From positions 1,376,001 through 1,440,000 of the forward strand of contig OZ241863.1 of NCBI GenBank assembly GCA_965203055.1: 64,000 bases of DNA, read 5' to 3'. The translations under genes and the position numbers were made by a program. Shown here in pieces: positions 59,901 through 64,000 of the stretch (positions are counted from its first letter, which is position 1; each line of letters begins with the position of its first letter). This DNA comes from Spirochaetia bacterium. Its GTDB lineage: Bacteria > Spirochaetota > Spirochaetia > SZUA-6 > Bin103. The notes under the pieces were generated by a model. That model saw only the letters and a program-made list of their open reading frames with translations. It did no database searches and was not told the DNA's origin.

Positions 59901-62900
59901 CAGTTGTCCCTGGTCATCGGCTCCCGGACGAAGACCCTGAACATGGCGCGATCGTTCGGGTCCTACCTCCGGTTCGTATATGAGGTGCAGGCCGGCGACG
60001 CGGACGCCGACGGGGTGGTGGTGCCGGCCAACTCGCTGGCGTTGAACGGCGGCACCATCCGCAACCGGCACGGGGTGGACGCGGCGCTGGGCCACCTGAT
60101 CTACCGGCCTCCGCTGAACGTCGACGGCGCGGCGAATCATCCGCCGGTGGCGATCCGGGCGGGGTTCGCGGGCCGCCCGATCGGGGGCGTGTACGGCAGG
60201 GGCGACATGATCGACGTGGTGGTCAACTGGGGTAAGCGCGTCACCGTGACCGGCACGCCGCAGCTCGCCCTCGACATCGGCGCCGGGACCCGGCAGGCAG
60301 CGCTGCAAAGCGGGAATCAGCTCTACAGCCGGTTCCGCTACGTGGTCCAATCGGGCGACCTCGACAACGACGGCATCGGCTTCGGCAGCGGCGCGCTGAC
60401 CCTGAACGGCGGTTCGATCAGCGGTCCGGGCGGCACCACCGCCAACCTGACGCTGCCGGCCGCGGCGACCGACGCCAATCGGCGCGTGGACGGGCGGATC
60501 CTGCCGCAGCCGGCCTTCACCGGATCGGTGACGGCGCGGACCTGGACCGTCGGCTCCAGCGTCAGCTACGCGCTGCCGGCCGCCACCGGCGCCCGGGGGA
60601 CCATCGGCTACGCGATGCGGCAGCGGCTGCCGGACGGCCTTGAGTTCTCCGCCGCGTCGCGGACCATCACCGGCACGCCCACTACCGTGACGCCGCGCGC
60701 CACCTACACGCTGCAGGCCACCGACAGCGCGACCAACGCCAAGGGCACGCTGGACTTCTCCATCGAGATCACGCCGAACGCCGCCCCGGTGTTCATCCCC
60801 GCCACCTTCGACGCGCAGGTCTACGTCAAGGACGCACCGATCGCCCCGGTCGCGCTGCCGGCCGCCACCGGCGGCAACGCGCCGCTGAGCTACGCGCTGA
60901 CCGGGCCGGGCGCCGCGGCCACCCTGACCCTGCCCGACGGCATCTCCTGGACCCGGCCCTCCGGCACGAACACCGGCGGCACCCTCTCCGGCACGCCGAC
61001 CGCGGTGGCCGCCCAGGCGACCTACACGCTGACCGCCACCGACGCGGACGACGACGCGGCCACGCTCACCTTCACCCTGGAGGTGCAGGACGACGCAACG
61101 CCTGACTTCGGCACCGCCACCATCGCCAACCAGTCGTGGAAGCGGTACCGGGCGATGACCGCGTTCACGCTGCCGGCCGCCACCGGCGGCAACGGCAGCC
61201 TGTCCTACGCGCTCTCCCCGGACCTGCCGACCGGCGTGACCTACGACACCGCCCACCGGGTCAACGGCACGCCGAGCGTGGCCCTGGCGGCGACCTCCTA
61301 CACCTGGACCGCCACCGACGCCGACGGCGACACCGCGGCGCTGACGTTCACCATCACGGTGGCGGACAACAGCCTGCCGGCATTCCAGGTCCTCGCCCCG
61401 AAGGACCGCGTGTATACGCGGTACAAGCAGGCGGGCGGCACGCTGCCGCCGGCGATCGGCGGCGACGCCCCGTTGACCTACACGTTGTCGCGCGCCCTGC
61501 CGGCCGGCATGGCGCGCAGCGCCAGTCCGGGCAGGACCCCCGGCGGACCACCGGTCGACACCGCCAACCGCAGCTACGCCGGCGCGCCCACCGCGGCCAT
61601 GTCCAAGACCTCGTACGCCTGGACGGTTACCGACGCGGACGGCGACCAGGCGGTGTGGGACTTCACCCTCACGGTGTTGGACAATGGCGCGCCCGACTTC
61701 GGCGCCGCGGCGGTGGCGGATCAGTCGTGGATCCGGCGCCGGACGATCACGGCGTTCACGTTGCCGGCGGCCACCGGCGGCGACGGGAGCGTGTCCTATG
61801 CCCTCTCTCCGGCCCTGCCGGCCGGGGTGGCGAAGGACGCCGGCCACCGGGTGAGCGGCGCGCCGGACGCGGCGCTGGCGCGAACCGAATATACCTGGAC
61901 GGCCACCGACGGAGACGGGGATCAGGACTCGCTGACCTTCTACGTGACCGTGGCGGATCGGCCGGCGGCGGCGCTGGTGCTGACGCCGGCGACCATCGAC
62001 GAGAGCGGGACCGGCAATGCGACGACGGTGACCGCGACGCTGGACAAGGCGGCGAGCGCGGCGACCACGGTGACGGTCTCGGCGGCGGCGGGAACCAACG
62101 CCGAGGCGGGCGACTTCACGTTGAGCACGGCGAAGACGCTGACCATCGCGGCGGGCGCGACCACCAGCACCGGGGCGGTGACGATCACTGCGGTGGACAA
62201 TGCGGACGCGGAGCCGGACAAGTCGGTCACCGTGTCGGGGAGCGTGGACAACGACGACGTGGCCGCCCCGGCCGCGGTGACGTTGACGATCGCCGACGAC
62301 GACCGCCCGTCCACGCCGACGCTGTACGTCGATTCGCCCAAGGTCGCCGAGGGCGGGCCGGGCGATCCCTCGCAGTCGAACTCGCTGACCTGGACGGTGA
62401 CGCTGGCGCCGGCGAGCGACCAGGAGGTGAGGGTCTCGATCGCGCTCGACCAGGAGGCCGGCACGGCGACGGCGGGGACCTACCAGCGAGCCGCGGAGGG
62501 AGCGGACCACGGATTTCCGTCCACGCCGCAACTGGTGTTCCCGCCCGGGGAGACCAGCCGGAAGATAAAGGTGTCGGTGCACGGCGACTCGACGGCGGAG
62601 CCGGACGAGACGGTGGTGCTGGCGCTGAGCGGCCCGGTCAACGCGGCGCTGGACGCCACCTCCGCGACCGGCACGATCCTCGACGACGATACGCCTGCGG
62701 TGACGCTGGCGGTGACCGACTCGTCGATCGCGGAGGACGGCGGCACGACGACGGTGACCGCCACGCTCAGCCACGCGTCGAGCGCGGCGACGACGATCAC
62801 GGTGACGGCGGTGACGGGCGCCTACACGGTGGGGACGGACGCGACGATCGAGATCGCGGCGGGAACGACGGCGAACGCGGCGGACACGGTGACGATCACG

Positions 62901-64000
62901 GCGGTGGACGACGACGTGGACAACGTGGGCGACCGGTCGGTGACGGTGACGGGGACGGCGCAGAACAGCCACGGCGTGGGGACGGTGACCGGCGCGGCGC
63001 TGACGCTGACCGACGACGAGGCGACGCCGACGGCGACGCTGGCGCTGAGCGCTGAGACGATCGACGAGCACGACGGGTCGGTCGCTGGGTCGGCGACGGT
63101 GACGGCGAGTCTGAACCGAGCGTCGAGCGAGGCGGTGACGCTGACGGTGGCCGCGGCGGCGGGGACGAACGCGGCGGCGGGCGACTTCAGCTTGTCGGAC
63201 GCCACGACGTTGACGGTCGCGGCCGGAGCGACCGGCAGCACCGGCACGGTGACGGTGACGGCGGTCGATGACACGACGGACGCACCGGACAAGGAAGTGA
63301 CGGTATCGGCGACGGTGGGCGGGGACAGCGGGATAGCGGCGCCTGCGAGCGTGACGCTGACGATCGAGGACGACGAGGCGGCGCCTGGGGTGACGCTGGC
63401 GGTGGCGGACTCGTCGATCGCGGAGGACGGCGGCACGACGACGGTGACCGCCACGCTCAGCCACGCGTCGAGCGCGGCGACGACGATCACGGTGACGGCG
63501 GTGGACGGGTCGTACACGGTCGGCGAGGACGCGACGATCGAGATCGCAGCGGGAGAGACGGCGAACGCGGCGGACAGCGTGACGATCACGGCGGTGAACG
63601 ACGACGTGGACAACGTGGGCGACCGGTCGGTGACGGTGACCGGAACGGCGCAGAACGGCCAGGGCGTGGGGACGGTGACCGGAGCAGCGCTGACGCTGAC
63701 CGACGACGAGGCGACGCCGACCGCGACGCTGGTGCTGAGCGCTGAGACGATCGACGAACACGACGGGTCGGTCGCTGGGTCGGCGACGGTGACGGCGAGT
63801 CTGAACCGGGCGTCGAGCGAGGCGGTGACGCTGACGGTGGCTGCGGCGGCGGGGACGAACGCGGCGGCAGGCGACTTCAGCTTGTCGGACGCCACGACGT
63901 TGACGGTCGCCGCTGGCGCGACCAGCAGCACCGGTACGGTGACGGTGACGGCGGTCGATGACACGACGGACGCGCCGGACAAGGAAGTGACGGTAACGGC
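53936..64000 (+). CDS. Giant Ig-repeat surface protein/adhesin (>3,300 aa, runs off the window), frameshifted at the G18 tract
   Basis: Frame from CTC 54003 reads LEKLPGGSAAAAALVALLSLAPPAAA/QSPALSF... and appears open to 64000 (spot-checked; the track shows no stop in this frame). Roughly 10 putative-Ig (He_PIG-like) domains, roughly 13 VTGxPxLxLxIG...DxDxDG...LNGG domains, then Calx-beta-like repeats. ATGs 53936 and 53969 are in another frame. Confidence 0.85.
53985..54002 (+). repeat. G18 homopolymer in the signal-peptide region of the giant surface protein gene
   Basis: 18 consecutive G. Confidence 0.9.
62700..64000 (+). repeat. Near-identical 690-bp (230 aa) tandem repeat in the giant protein
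   Basis: Units start at 62700 and 63390; landmarks CCACGCTCAG at 62761/63451 and GCTGAGACGA at 63051/63741. Confidence 0.9.

Noticed and set aside
54012..63761. 3,249 aa minus-strand ORF, plus other-frame ORFs at 56948-59983 and 61136-63055
   Set aside because: Arg/Gly-rich shadow frames of the real + strand adhesin, caused by high-GC codon bias.

Overview
High-GC bacterial window. The AFA(A/T)GExE starts of the solute-binding proteins, the cyclophilin-FKBP fusion, the sulfatase/arylsulfotransferase pair and the giant Ig-repeat protein suggest a marine, possibly host-associated spirochaete; this is inference only. (1) 1.2-29.3 kb is a decayed defence region with a DUF1156 methyltransferase and an Eco57I/DrmMI-like methyltransferase broken by an IS21 element. 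It is split by a ~14.4 kb segment carrying an AbiE-type TA pair and an anhydrogalactose (agar/carrageenan-type) catabolic cluster: four GH117 domains, a cycloisomerase-like enolase, GntR, an ABC importer, an aldo-keto reductase and ThuA. Two inverted copies of a ~1.4 kb HNH-endonuclease cassette bracket that segment; each has its own leaderless promoter and an internal array of 14-bp palindromes. (2) A candidate structured small RNA, an AAA-nuclease gene, an arylsulfotransferase and a sulfatase. (3) A complete selC-selD-selA-selB locus in which SelD is itself a UGA-decoded selenoprotein. (4) ada, an AbrB-Doc TA pair, PhyH, a glycosylation trio and an amidohydrolase-Rieske pair. (5) A ~1,876 aa repeat lipoprotein, an RNHCP protein, a PPIase, and a >3,300 aa Ig-repeat surface protein that a G18 tract puts out of frame with its start codon. 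No CRISPR array or rRNA was seen. All family calls come from motif recognition by eye; no searches were run.
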